From: Octopus vulgaris | Lineage: Eukaryota | DNA: 64,000 nt | Assembly: GCA_951406725.2 (NCBI GenBank) | Contig: OX597820.1 | Span: 78,182,001 to 78,246,000, forward strand | Reading direction: 5' to 3' | Shown here: piece by piece, positions 12,881 to 26,575 of the stretch | Layout of the letters: every line of letters begins with the position of its first letter | Numbering within the stretch: the stretch's first letter is position 1 | Position numbers and translations under genes: made by a program | Notes under the pieces: model-generated | Databases searched by the model: none | Seen by the model: the letters and a program-made list of their open reading frames with translations, nothing else | Told to the model about the DNA's origin: nothing

Positions 12881-13260
12881 CGTATGTATGTATGCGTTTG
12901 TGTATCTGTGTTTGTCACCCCAACATCATTTGACAACAGATGCTGGTGTGTTTACGTCCCCGTAAATTAGCGGTTCGGCAAAAGGAAACCTACAGAATAA
13001 GTCCTGGGGTCGATTTGCTTGACTAAAAGCGGTGCTGCAGCATGGTCACATTCAAATGACTGAAATAAATAAAAGAATAAGAGAACATATATAATGAGTT
13101 TCTTTCAATTTCCTTGTATCGTTCTACCAAATCTCACAAGGTTTTGGTGGGCCCGAGCCTCTAGTAGAAGACACTTGTCCAAGGTACTACCCAGTGGGAC
13201 GGAAATCGTCACCATGTGTTTGAGAAGCAAGTTTCTTATCATACAGCCACCTCTGCGCTT
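12776..13260. mobile_element. SINE family A fragments, + (12776-13085) and - (13095-13260)
   Basis: Family A body and tail, followed by a reverse-oriented head. Another - fragment lies at 12075-12300. Confidence 0.75.
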
Positions 13261-13718
13261 ATATATTTATATACATATTGCGTTCCCATCATAGCTTATT
13301 ATAGTTGTCTGAAACTCCAAATCAGCTTAGAGAGATTACCAGGTTTCAGTGGCCAAATCAGCGTCTATTGGTGTGCTTAAAATATATCTCCATTATCTTT
13401 TATCAGCTTTCGCGTCGAACGGTAGCCATATTACCTGTAGGAATAGCTACCGAATCTAAAGTCTCTGTAACTTAACTCAAACTTTGAAACACCTGGACAC
13501 CCAGAAGCACAGACATAAAATGTCTCATAGTACTATTTGCATATCTGCCACAAATATTAGCATCTGCTTTAATTCATATCTCTGAAAATTTACAGCGAGA
13601 CTAAATTCAAACGAATTTGTTCTTTTACACTGGAAAAATTGAGCCATTGTTGACTTCTAACTTGCTGTTCCTGTTAATGTCATTTATCAAAGAAATCTTC
13701 ACTATATAATTATTATTA

Positions 13719-13771
<53 letters not shown>

Positions 13772-14147
13772 GTTGTTGTTGTTATTGTTGTTGTTCTTGT
13801 TGTTGTTCTTGTTGTTCTTGTTGTTCTTGTTGTTCTTGTTGTTGTTACCTTTATTACTGACAATTTGATTTAGAAACTTACTTTATTGTTGTTTTTAATC
13901 TTTAGATTGTATTTTAGACGTTTCTCTGCAACATTTTTTCCCCGCAATCAATCAACATTGCTGCCGAAATTAGGCACTAGGGAAGCTAATCAATTATATA
14001 ATGACATTATCGTCTGGACAATGGGTAATTACTTAGAGACAAACATACATACACACACACACACAGACGCATACACACAAGCACACATACACACATAGAG
14101 AAGTTGCTTATATATGATATATACTTATATATATATATATATGTATA

Positions 14148-14198
<51 letters not shown>

Positions 14199-14226
14199 CT
14201 TAAATGCATATATATATATATATATC

Positions 14227-14314
<88 letters not shown>

Positions 14315-14539
14315 CACATAGACACACACACACACATATATATATATAGAAAGAGAGACACAGAATGACAGAGAGAGAGAGAGAGGGAGAACTAGGTTCA
14401 TGAACTAGGGGTCAAGAGAATTTGCCACCACAGCGTAGCAAAATGACTTCAATAAAGTTAAATATATGTGTGCGTGTACACACACACACTCACACACATA
14501 TATATATATATACATTTATATACATATACATACATACAT

Positions 14540-14582
<43 letters not shown>

Positions 14583-14712
14583 CATATATATACATATATA
14601 TATATACATACATACATATACATATACATTTATTCACGCGCACAAACTTCCATACATATTTTACTTTCGCTTTCAACAAAGTGGCCCTTGTATTTATTGT
14701 CTTCTTCATACA

Positions 14713-14785
<73 letters not shown>

Positions 14786-14822
14786 TATATATATATGTAT
14801 ATATACATATATATACAGATAT

Positions 14823-14856
<34 letters not shown>

Positions 14857-14857
14857 C

Positions 14858-14926
<69 letters not shown>

Positions 14927-14929
14927 TTT

Positions 14930-15330
14930 AGCCTGTAATTGAAGGACCATCAATATCTAAACTCATCAGGTGTTTGAGCATACAACCAATTGGTCTATAA
15001 TAAAAAGAAAACGCTAGGCTATGCAAAAGAATATCACCAATATGTAACTTATGTCTTGAGGAAACTCTAGAGTTCATCACATCCCGGGAAAACACTGAAG
15101 TAATCATATCAGAAGTAGACATTCCGTAGTAATCATATCAGGCAAACATAAGATCAAGGCATCCTTCCTAGAATTCGAACAGAGTTTTATGAAACAGAGA
15201 AACACCAGCTGCCATGTGCATTTAATGAAACAAGAGAAGAACTTATAAACAAACACAAAAACATGATTTTCCTATACAATGTCACAGCGCCACTAAACAT
15301 AATTAAAAGGACCCTTAAAGAGAACATTAT
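14930..15330 (+). pseudogene. Degenerate Penelope-like GIY-YIG C-terminal remnant
   Basis: Manual translation gives WSII..KENARLCKRISPICNLCLEETLEFITS, resembling the W.I...C.LC..E motif of the 32261 and 51329 ORFs. Confidence 0.5.
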
Positions 15331-15879
15331 TTGTCAACTAAGGCAATGAATTCAAGACCAAACTAAACTTTCCTCCCAACCAAACAAAATCTGAGTTCCT
15401 TCAGGGAGGGCCTGCTGTGACTAAAGCCAAACCAGCGAACTATACTCCCCATCCGTACATCTGAACACAAATATGAGAACAAGTGTAGCCTCACCATGCA
15501 ATTCTCCCTATCCTTTATTATTACCTTTCCTTTCTTTACTTCTATCAGGTATTCTTTTCTACCTGATAGAGAACTGCCCAGATATCATAGTGAACCTTGT
15601 CACAGATGAAAACTGATAAACAAATTTCAGTTATACGTTCGTTATTTTCAACTTTAACGTTACATCGCCTGATGAAATGAACGCATGAAGTATGGTCCAC
15701 CTTATGTCCATTGATATTAGGGTTTGTACAGTAATCATCCCAGTATACGGACAATCATCGTCAGAAACGTGATTTTTGTACAAACGCGCGTACCAATGCA
15801 TTGAAATAGTGATAAATTCGATGCATGGATTATTATCTAACCTATAAAATGAAGAAGGCGAACGTTGATACAAATTGAA

Positions 15880-16685
15880 TATTTATGTAAAAAGGGGTCT
15901 AAATGGGGCTGGAAGGAGATTAAAATTTACAGTGTGGGTAACTTGGGGTGAGAAATTGATTGGGAGACGTTTTGGGGCGCTACAGTGGTTGCTTTAGTAT
16001 GAAAACGGGGATTTTATTGTTTTTTGGGGACACTTTGGGGTCTAGATTGGACACCTTCTGCCTGATTTCAATCAAATTTTCAACATAGTAAAGTCGAATC
16101 GGATTTATAATTTAAGCGCAGAAAATAGGTTCGAAATTTTGAAAATTAAGGCAGGATTTTGAAGTTGAAAAAAAATTCTCATTTTTACGTATTTTTGCCA
16201 TTTAGTTTTTTATTATTTACAGTTTTCATTTATTTTTTAAAGAAATTTAGAGCTGCATGTAGCCCGTGTTTAGAGCTTTCATTTGCATGGTCAATCGACG
16301 AAAAATTCCCGAAATATGTACTAAATTTTAAAAAGAGATATTTTTTTAATTTTTAATCGCTCAAATAGTGGCACGTACAAAAGGCAAGTATGCTTTCTGT
16401 TGTCACTACCTGATATTTATGATTGATCTTTCAAAATATTTTCTTTTTCAAATTACTCAAGATCTTTTGTATTTTATAAATGGGAGAGAGATAGATAGAG
16501 AAAGATAGAGAGTAAGAGAACGCGAGAGAGAGTCCGAGAGAAAGGTAGAGTAAGAGAGTGGGAAAGTGAGAGAGAAAGGAGGGAGAAACAAAGAGAGAAA
16601 ATGTGGTGATAAGAAACAGAAAGGAAGCAACGGAAAGTAACAACCACACCCTCACCCGCGCGTAGAGCGGGTCACCTTAAGCTAG
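15880..16685 (+). mobile_element. Probable non-autonomous Helitron (3' end clear, 5' end uncertain)
   Basis: GC hairpin ACCCGC-GCGTAGA-GCGGGT (16654-16672), followed about 10 nt later by CTAG (16682-16685). Confidence 0.5.
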
Positions 16686-16769
16686 CTAATACTATAAATA
16701 TATTGACATATAAATGTGTTTAGATCGCTAGCTTCTTCATTTTCTCACATTCTTTATTTTCTCTTGTTT

Positions 16770-16806
16770 CTTTCTGTGGAAGAGCGTAGGCTCGAAACGT
16801 TAATGA
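16770..16806 (+). ncRNA. Minimal type I hammerhead-like motif, variant core CUGUGGA
   Basis: CTTT-CTGTGGA-A-GAGC(GTAG)GCTC-GAAA-CG-TTA. One of four family copies. Confidence 0.5.
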
Positions 16807-16944
16807 CTCTTTCACTTCCCGAGCGTTTCTGTTTGTTGTCTACACCACCTTTCTTCGTCTTTTGTTTGTTTGTTTTTTTGTGAATTCTCCCTATATGTAT
16901 ATATATATATATTGACCGTATAATATCGGTATCACTTTTAAAAT

Positions 16945-17312
16945 CCACCTGATGCTTGGTCCCCGTGACATGCGTGCTCTACAGAAATGTGCTCTCAGCA
17001 CATCAGAACACTAAGACGGAACTATTTCTCCTCAAATGGACCTGCTCTTTTTAACAACATTCCAAAACATATAAAGGAGGAAAAAGATTTCATAATCTTC
17101 AAAAGGTTCCTGGATGAGTACATCCAACAAATTCCTGATAAACCACCTACACCCGGATATACTGCTGCAAACGACAACGCTTTAATCGAATGGGCAATGG
17201 TGCATAAAAATAACTATACAGAAATACATTACTAAATGTATTTTCCAGGTGGTGCTATTAAGTTAGCTCTCGCATGTGCCAATGTGGCCAAGACCTACCT
17301 AAGTATCTAAAT
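16945..17312 (+). mobile_element. CR1/L2-group LINE 3' fragment
   Basis: RNYFSSNGPALFNNIPKHIKEEKDFIIFKRFLDEYIQQIPDKPPTPGY is homologous to the end of the 33332 ORF. The 3' UTR motif CCAGGTGGTGCTATTAAGTTAG is also shared. Confidence 0.85.
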
Positions 17313-17334
17313 AAATATATATATATATATACAT

Positions 17335-17600
17335 ATAACGGGAAGGTTTACGAAAATAATCAATAGACGAAGGCAGGTGGAGTACAAACAAACAAATGTA
17401 TTAGTATGGCGCTCAGGGATAGAAATAGAACAAGTCTTTTACGTTTCAAGCCTACGCTCTTCGACAGAAGCATACACAGAAAAAAGCAAGGAGAGAAACA
17501 AGGGGAGAAAAATATGCGTGTAGGAGCTAACGATCTATCATGGCGTCCTGACTTTGGACAGTGGTCAGGGGAGATAACAGGGTCAAGTGACTTCCAAAAC
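17335..17600 (-). mobile_element. Short non-coding repeat family with a variant HHR (17436-17470)
   Basis: AACGGGAAGGTTTACGAAAA...GTATTAGTATGGCGCTCAGG...ACGTTTCRAGCCTACGCTCTTC recurs at 21601-21815 and 25860-26120, and in reverse at 16745-16895. Each copy abuts (TA)n. Confidence 0.75.
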
Positions 17601-18212
17601 GAAGGTGCCCCCAACACAAAGGTGCGTGTGTGTATAAGAGAGTATGTATGTGCGTGTGAAAGAGGGCTGGTGGTCTGGACATGTGTGTGTATGTATGTGT
17701 TGGTGTGGAGATGTGGGAATGGGTGTGTGGGCGGTGTTTTGTGATGTGATATGTGTATGTATGTGTAGGTGTAAAGATGTGGGAATGGGTGTGTGGGCGG
17801 TGTGCTGTGGGTGGTGTGTTGTGATGTGATGTGTAATGTTGTATGGTGTAGTGTAGTGTGGTGTGATGTTGTCGGGAGGTGGGGAGGCGAGAGTGGGGAA
17901 GACACGACAGGCCTCTTTAAGTTTCCGTCTGACGAATCCGTTCGCAAGGATTTGGTCGGCCTGAGGCTAAGGTATGTTTCTTTATTGGCCACACAGAGCT
18001 GAACACAGAGGGGACAAAATACAAAGTACAGCTTTTCTTTTTCGGAAGAAGAAGACAAGAAAAAAGAAAACCAAAAGTGGGTCAAATTCCGATCAAAAGG
18101 GATCGTGGAAAAAATGGTAGAAGACACTTACCAAGGATGTCACGCAGCAATACTGAACCCGGAGCCATGTAGTTGGGAAACAAGCTTCTTACTACACAAG
18201 CATACGTGTGTG

Positions 18213-18272
<60 letters not shown>

Positions 18273-18381
18273 TGTGTATATATGTATGTCTGTATGTATA
18301 TATATTTATATATATATATACTTACTTGGAAATGAATGCGTCGCATTCAACTAAATACGAAATAGTAAATAATGTATACAT

Positions 18382-18419
<38 letters not shown>

Positions 18420-18661
18420 CTTATAAATACGGGCAAACGAAAAATTTCTAGTGTCAAATATGCCATGGAAGAAGCAAAACACTAAGTCATGAGCACAATT
18501 AAGTACCCCAAATACATCTAAAATAGAAATACTCCAACCCATTCAAGCCACGTGCGATTTGAACTGAGGCTCTCACAGAGTAAATTTATATTGACTCATG
18601 ACTTAGTGTTTTGCTTCTTCCATGGGTATGAGTAAGTATCTCATTTATTTCTTTACCACAT

Positions 18662-18721
18662 TTATCACTGACGAAGGGAGGGTTCTTACGAGCTAACCCT
18701 GAAATCGGTCCGATATGGTAA
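18662..18721 (+). ncRNA. Type I hammerhead ribozyme
   Basis: Helix I TTATCA/TGGTAA; core CTGACGA; helix II AGGG..GGTTC(TTAC)GAGCT..CCCT; GAAA; helix III TCGG-T-CCGA; AUA cleavage triplet ending at 18715. Confidence 0.8.
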
Positions 18722-18949
18722 TAATGGAATTTTTTCAGAAATTTCTGTCGGCTTTTTTTCGAGTAGCGTGCGAATTGTGATAAATTATATGGTAATGGAC
18801 AATATGTCCAATTTTTCGGCATATTTGGCATTAGAAGTTTTTTCGTTTGTCCTTATATGTAAGTTGTTTATAATTTTAACCTTTAAAGGTATTTTTAATA
18901 TGCTGGCCATTGATAAATTTTTTTTTTCGAAAGAATTTTATCCTACATT

Positions 18950-19051
<102 letters not shown>

Positions 19052-19377
19052 TATATATATATATATATGTCTATATATATATGTCTATGTATATATATAT
19101 ATATACATATTTTTAACCTTTAAAGGTATTTTTTAATATGCTGGCCATTGATAATTTTTTTTTTCGAAAGAATTTTATCCTACTTTAAATATAAATTTAA
19201 GTGTTCACTTCCGGACTCTCTCACTCTGTGAGAGCCACAGTTCAAATCGCACGTGTCTTGAATGGGCTGGGGTATTTCTATTTTAGATGTATTTGGGGTA
19301 CTTAATTGTGCTCATGACTAAGTGTTTTGCTTCTTCCACGGGTATGAGTAAGTATCTCATTTATTTCTTTACCACAT

Positions 19378-19437
19378 TTATCACTGACGAAGGGAGGGTT
19401 CTTACGAGCTAACCCTGAAATCGGTCCGATATAGTAA
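19378..19437 (+). ncRNA. Type I hammerhead ribozyme, second copy
   Basis: Same core and helices II/III as 18662. One helix I mismatch (TAGTAA). Confidence 0.75.
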
Positions 19438-19669
19438 TAATGGAATGTTTTAGAAATTTCTGTCGGCTTTTTTTTTTTCGAGTAGCGAGCGAATTGTGAT
19501 AAATTATATGGTAATGGACAATATGTCCAATTTTTCGACATAGTTGGCATTAGAATTTTTTTCCCCTTGCCCTTATTTATAAGTTGTTTATAATTTTAAC
19601 CTTTAAAGCTATTTTTTAATATGCTGGCCATTGATAAATTTTTTTTTTCGAAAGAATTTTATCCTACAT

Positions 19670-20120
<451 letters not shown>

Positions 20121-20485
20121 ATTATAATGTAATATATATTATAATATAATATATTATACTGGGGTTTAAAGTTATGATCGGTTTTGATGTAATATATGTT
20201 GTGCTTTACAAGGGGTTATATTTTATGTTCATCACTTTCATAGGTCCTGTACATCTCCTTCATGTAATATAACACTGTGTGTGGTTTGTATATTTCCATT
20301 CGGTTTACTTTGATATATTTGTGGTAGGGTATTCTGTCTTTATTCTTTAAAGGCTTGGTCCTCTAATCTATCTAAATATCTCTCGTCAATTTATGCCCTT
20401 TCTCTATATGCATGCATACATTTATATATATATATACTGCCTCATGCATATATTTATATGCATATACATACATATGCACATACAC

Positions 20486-20523
<38 letters not shown>

Positions 20524-21114
20524 TTTAACATTATGTATACGATATTTAACAGTACCTCCTTATTTAGGTGTTTTCTATAGCCTCTAAATGTTTATAGTTA
20601 CCTAATTATTCACTCAAACCTTTCATTTCGAGTTAAATATACGCTTTTATGTTCATGGGATTTTTATCGTCACGAATATATCCTGAATAATTTTATTCCA
20701 TGCTGTGAAAATTGCAAACAATTCGTTCCCTCGATAGACATCTTTTAGAGCGGTTGATACAGAACCGCTCACTTTGATAGGTTTTTCCGTCCCAGTTGAT
20801 TTGGTATCCAACCGAATGTAACCAGCGGCTATATATATTCATCGTTCGCCCACTGATAAAATGTATAACAGTGGAGCAAATACCATTTCCTGTGCAGAAT
20901 ACATAATAATGACATAGTCCTCAGCTTAGATCTATTAACATGGTGTAGGAAATGTGTATATTTTCCTTATTATTTTTCCTTCACAGGAGAGTTATAGCAT
21001 AAACGAAGAATTATTTATGATAACATATTCGGTGAATAATTTGTATGAGATACATTTCGACAAACAAGTTTTCAGATATAGTCTGTGAGTCTATATATGT
21101 TCGTGAATGTGTGT

Positions 21115-21215
<101 letters not shown>

Positions 21216-21449
21216 CTAGCCCCTACATATCTCTCTCCTCTCCTTCCACGTGACCGGTGTTCGGCCAAGCCTGACCTTACTTTCTTGGTTCGACTATCAT
21301 CCGTGTAGCATCTCTTGTATTCCTTCCCATGATTTTCATCTCTTATACCCCTGCTGTAAGGCTTCATTTCCGCACACGCCAGCTTAAGTTAATTCATCCC
21401 TTGTCGAACGACACCTGTTCTTAATGTCCTGTTGTTCGTATTTGTAACT

Positions 21450-21569
21450 GTGTTCTGGGTTCGGTCCCACAGCGTGGCACCTTTTCCAAGTGTCTTCTCG
21501 GGCTGACAAAAGTCTTTTGAGTTGATTGTGTAGACGGAAACTGAAAGACGCCCGTCGTGTATGTATATA

Positions 21570-21604
<35 letters not shown>

Positions 21605-21818
21605 CGGGAAGCTTTATGAAAATAGACAAAAGACGAAGGCAGGTGGAAAACAAACGAACAATTGTATTAGTATGGCGCTCAGGAAATATAAATAAAACAA
21701 GTCTTTAACGTTTCGAGCCTACGCTCTTCAACAGAAAGATACACAGAGAGAAAAAAAACGCAGAAAGAAGGAGAGAAAAAAATGCGTGCAGTAGCTAACG
21801 AATCAACATGGCGATCTG

Positions 21819-21851
<33 letters not shown>

Positions 21852-22125
21852 AATATGTATGTATATATGTATGTATGTATATGTGTGCGTGTATGAATGT
21901 ATGTATTTGTGTCTGTGCTTGTCCCCTCATCACCGTCACTTGACGACCGATATTAGTGTGTTTACGTAAGTGTAACTTAAGGGTTTCAACAAAAGACAAC
22001 CGATAGAATAAGTACTAGACTAACAAAGAATATGTCCTGTGGTCGATTATTTCGACTAAAGGCAGTGCACCAGCTTGGCCACAGTCAGATTACTGAAACC
22101 AGTAAAAGAATAAAAGAATAAGAGA
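21450..22125 (+). mobile_element. SINE family A interrupted at its internal microsatellite by the HHR repeat (21601-21815)
   Basis: The SINE head (21450-21560) and tail (21900-22125) flank the insert. Confidence 0.75.
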
Positions 22126-22482
22126 ATAATGTAAAATCCATTTGTGGATTTTATAATTCATGTATAATAGAATAGATAAAAGGAGTTTATAGTAAATCTA
22201 CAAATGTTTCGCTTTGAGATTTTATTCAAAAGTAACTCACTACAGGTCCGCTTGTATAGACCCGCCATAAGATTAAGCAATAACCTCCGTTGCATCTCTC
22301 AATTCTTTGGGGTTTTACTGCAATTAAGAGAGTAAAGTAATAATATGTTGGCATGATGATTTGTATCATGCTGTCTAACCATCATAATTGGCGTCCTTTA
22401 CGTTGACCTACCTTGATCTTTTCAATAGGACCCACATTAATCCGCCTTTCTCTCTCTCCCTATGTCTCTGTCTCTGTCTCTG

Positions 22483-22530
<48 letters not shown>

Positions 22531-22558
22531 TTACTTGGAACAGGATGCGTAGCGTTCA

Positions 22559-22603
<45 letters not shown>

Positions 22604-22699
22604 GTAGTAATAGAGAAGGAATTTCGATTATCCCCACGTGGTAAGTTGTAATGTATATAAGAAATTTAAAAAGGAAAGTAAGCACACTTACATAGTTTT

Positions 22700-23320
22700 A
22701 ATATAATTTTTAATATATCGACCGGTTTCGCTATCGCTATTCATGATATTATGTTTTACTTATTTGAATATATATTTTTTCTTAAGAAGAAATTTGGTCA
22801 ATGTTGTGCGTGATGAGTGAATGACTCCACAAGTGAATGACTCCACAAGTGAATGACTCCACGAGTGAATGACTCCACAAGTAGATAAATGAAGGGATGT
22901 AATTGGTCGTCGCTATTATTGTTGTTGATGTGTGTAAGGGAGATAACTGTTCAGCTTTCGGTAATGGGTGGGGAGTAAATATGTGTACAGAACAGAGAAA
23001 GGTTTTAAAAACCTTGTTTAGTAAGGGATTTATGTACAGTGATGTAACCGTGAATTGAAATATGTAAAAATATAAAAGTTGGTTATGCGTGCATATTAAG
23101 ACGTGTTTTGTATTATTCAATGAACAACGTTTCTTTATTTAAACGTTCTAGTTGAGAAATTGCGTCTTGGCACTGGTAGAAAGGGAAGGCTGTGAAATTT
23201 GGTTTGATGTTACCTACACATTTTTCTATATGTTCACTGAGATGAATTTGTCTGTATTGCGGGAACCGGATTTGCTCCTTATGTAGAGTGGTTCTCTTTC
23301 TCAAGGTCATATACGTAAGT
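22700..23320 (-). pseudogene. Penelope-like 3' remnant: GIY-YIG C-terminus and degenerate HHR (22715-22749)
   Basis: TLRKRTTLHKEQIRFPQYRQIHLSEHIEKC...PFYQC...ERLNKETLFI. Downstream on - reads ATATC-atgaata-GC(GATA)GC-GAAA-CCGG-TC-GATAT. Confidence 0.65.
22816..22882. repeat. 4 x 16-bp tandem repeat AGTGAATGACTCCACA
   Basis: Read directly. Confidence 0.9.
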
Positions 23321-23483
23321 ATATGCCCATACATCTATACGGATATTTGCATATGTGGGCACAGGGCGTCATGAAGCGTGTGCAACAAAAAAGTACGAAG
23401 CACGTTTACATCAAACATGAACTATTCTTTCGAATAATGAAAGACACGATCACAAAACAAAACAAACATAAAGAACGGCCCTT

Positions 23484-23525
<42 letters not shown>

Positions 23526-23570
23526 AAGGGTCATTCATTAAGAATGAGAAACCAAGTTCGAAATTTCCCA

Positions 23571-23616
23571 GACACCTGATGAAGACTGGAGAGTATATCA
23601 GCCGAAACGTTGTGTT
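23571..23616 (+). ncRNA. Minimal type I hammerhead ribozyme
   Basis: GACAC-CTGATGA-A-GACTG(GAGAGTATAT)CAGCC-GAAA-CG-TT-GTGTT. A partial - homologue lies at about 60880-60995. Confidence 0.7.
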
Positions 23617-25633
23617 AACAGCAAACAAGAGGAGGACAAATATCCGTCAAATGTAAATAATGTAAATGATGTAAGATCTTTTTTATTCGGCGTTGTTGTT
23701 TTCTGTCTTTTGTAACCTATATATTTTCATACATTCTACTATATCATTTTCCATGATGTCTTTTGTGCACATCTAACGCCATCTTCATAAAAAGGTCAAT
23801 CTATGACATAAGAGTTAAGGAAAACAATAAATCCTATGAGAGGAGGAGCAATCCAGAATATTGTAGGCCTAGTATTTTATAGGATGAGAGTAGCAAACGT
23901 CGGTATCGAGAATGTCGTATAAAGAAAATTGAAGACTTCATATAAATGAAAAATTCAGTTTAGAAACAGGAAGGAACATTGATTTATCTATTAGACACAA
24001 AGTTCTTACATCTTCAAATATAAGACGACAATCCTTCAGACTGACTACAAGATATTACAAGCTTTCATTGCATTGATAAGCAAATAATGAAAGAGCAAAT
24101 GTATATATGAATTTATTAACGCCAGGATTACATAACTCTTTGCTGTGTCGACCACTCGATGAACACAAACATTTTCCGCTACATGGATATTACGATTCCA
24201 TAAGGAATTAGGAAACCTTATTCCTATGAAGTTGCTTTGCAGAATTTGGCATCAGTTACATATAGATATTATGCAAACGTATCACATGAACAGAAGAGAA
24301 ATGGAATTACACGTATTGGAATATATCAGTTAGATAAATATATAAGTGAGATAAAACATCGATCGAGTTTTTGTATTTTATCCTTGTCATCTTCGTAATA
24401 TTTAGTATTCTTTATATGGTACTAACATTGGGAAATCTTCGAATAAAACGAGCGAAGAAAGAAGAGAATCTAAATTCCATATCCTTTCCCTAGGGCTATA
24501 AGGAATCTGTAAAATGCAACACGTTAAAATAGAAATGCAAAAATGGTGGCTATGTATTCGTACGTAGATGTAAATAAGATTATACATGCAGAAATACATT
24601 ATGCTGTATTTACAAATTTGGGAAAATATAGCAAGAAAATAAGAATATGCGCTGGAAGATTAAATGTTACAATAAGTATATTATAATGAATGGTATATCC
24701 AAAGAATTATAATATATTTTTAATTCTTTAACCTGTTTATTGCGTAGAAAAAACCCTGCTGTGTATCGGATGAGTTGTCACAAATAAGTTTTTGTGCATC
24801 TTCATGAATATTTCTGCAGTATAAGAATGTGAATTATCAGTGATGATTACAGTTTAAAACTCGTGACAGACTTGTAAATAATAGACTTATTCTGATTGGT
24901 GGATTTATTGATGACAACCAATATAGATGTCATTAACCGAGATACGTGTTGATAAGAAAATGGCTCTGATATAATACATACATGCATAGAGGCATACACA
25001 CATATTCGCACGTGTGTGTGTGTTTGTGTGCGCGCGCGCGTGTGTGTGTGTCTGTGTGTGTGTTGCGTGTTTCCTACAAAATCGAAAGCGCGATTACTCT
25101 GAATAATGTACGCGTATAAATGCTTAACTTACAATGAATAACTTCTAAAGCAAGTTTATACACGCTTTCCTATATGTATGTAGTGTGTCTATGTGGGTAT
25201 ATGTGTCAATTTCTTTTACCTTTTTTTTTTTTGCTCTTTTTTCTCTATATACCCGTGTATATGAGACGAGTTTTACCGCTATAATTTATCCTTCTTAGTT
25301 GCGCTGAGCTGGCTATATGTATCTCGATAGCCGACTAAGTAAGCGTTTCCTTCTATGTAAACGTTATCTCAATGAGCGAACAAACGATACGTAGTAACTC
25401 CATACCACCTCAATATATAGTTTCGCGAAAGATTCGGAGATTCTCTGGTATAAGAATCTCTAGTATTAGATAAATAGTACGCTGGCAGTACGTTGCATGA
25501 TACAGAGAAAACAATTTGAGGGAAGGGGTAAGTCATTCACATGGAAACGGTGACATGATTTATTTTATCGGCAACGAATAGATGTAAGTCAAACTTACCG
25601 TAAAAAGTAGTCATATGGCCTTAGACAGACAGG

Positions 25634-25671
<38 letters not shown>

Positions 25672-25821
25672 TACACAAACACACACACACACGCATATGT
25701 ACGTATGTGTATATATGTATATATATGTATATATATTTATGCATGTATATAGATAGATAGATAGATACATACATACATACGTACATACATACATACATAC
25801 GTACATACATACATACATACA

Positions 25822-25857
<36 letters not shown>

Positions 25858-26414
25858 TAGGGAAAGTTTACGAAAAAAACGAAAGCGAAGATAGGTGGTG
25901 TACAAAACAAACAGATGTATTAGTATAACGCTCAGGAATAGAAAAAGTCTTTTACATTTCGAGCCTACGCTCTTCTACAAAAAGGGACACAGAAAAAAAA
26001 GGAGAGAAACAAGGAGAGAAAAAAAATGTGTGTAGTGGCTAACGATCTATCATAGCGTCTGACTCGGACAGAAGGGTCACACACGAGAGGGGAAGTAGGG
26101 GAGATAACAAAGTCATGATGCCCTCCCCCAACACGAATATATATATATTATTTACTTCTAATATAATGATAAAAGTTCTTTTATCAATGGCCAGCATATT
26201 AAAATACCTTTTAAGGTGACAATTTATAAACAATTATAAACAAGGGCAACAACAAAAACTTTTCTATGCCAATATGCTGAGAAATAAATTTTAGATCGTC
26301 CTACCATGTACTATATTTTTCATATGCTGTTGTTAAACTTCAAGCATCACGGAAGAGAATCAAACTGTTTTAAATACTATAGATATAAATGTAGGGCGAG
26401 TGTATATAGATGTT

Positions 26415-26575
26415 GACGGGCTTCTTTCAGTTTACGTCTATCAAATCTACTCACAAGACATTGGTCGGCCTTATACTATTCTAGGAGACACTTATCCACA
26501 ATGCCATGCTGTGGAACTGAACCCGGAAACATGTGCTTGGCAAACTAACTTCTTACCACGCAACCATGCCTGCAC
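26415..26575 (-). mobile_element. SINE family A, 5' half
   Basis: Reverse complement of the family A head and body. Its head is the first unit of the adjacent array. Confidence 0.75.

Noticed and set aside
13330-13370. HHR-like CTGATT...GAAACCTGGTA on the minus strand
   Set aside because: The core lacks GA, and helices I and II are poor.
15660-15770. CTGATGA (+) and CTGACGA (-) followed by hairpins
   Set aside because: Neither has a correctly placed GAAA with a closing helix I.
23760-24900. Possible L1/Tx1 RT remnant (TILQTDYKIL)
   Set aside because: A single short motif in heavily degraded AT-rich sequence is not enough to call.
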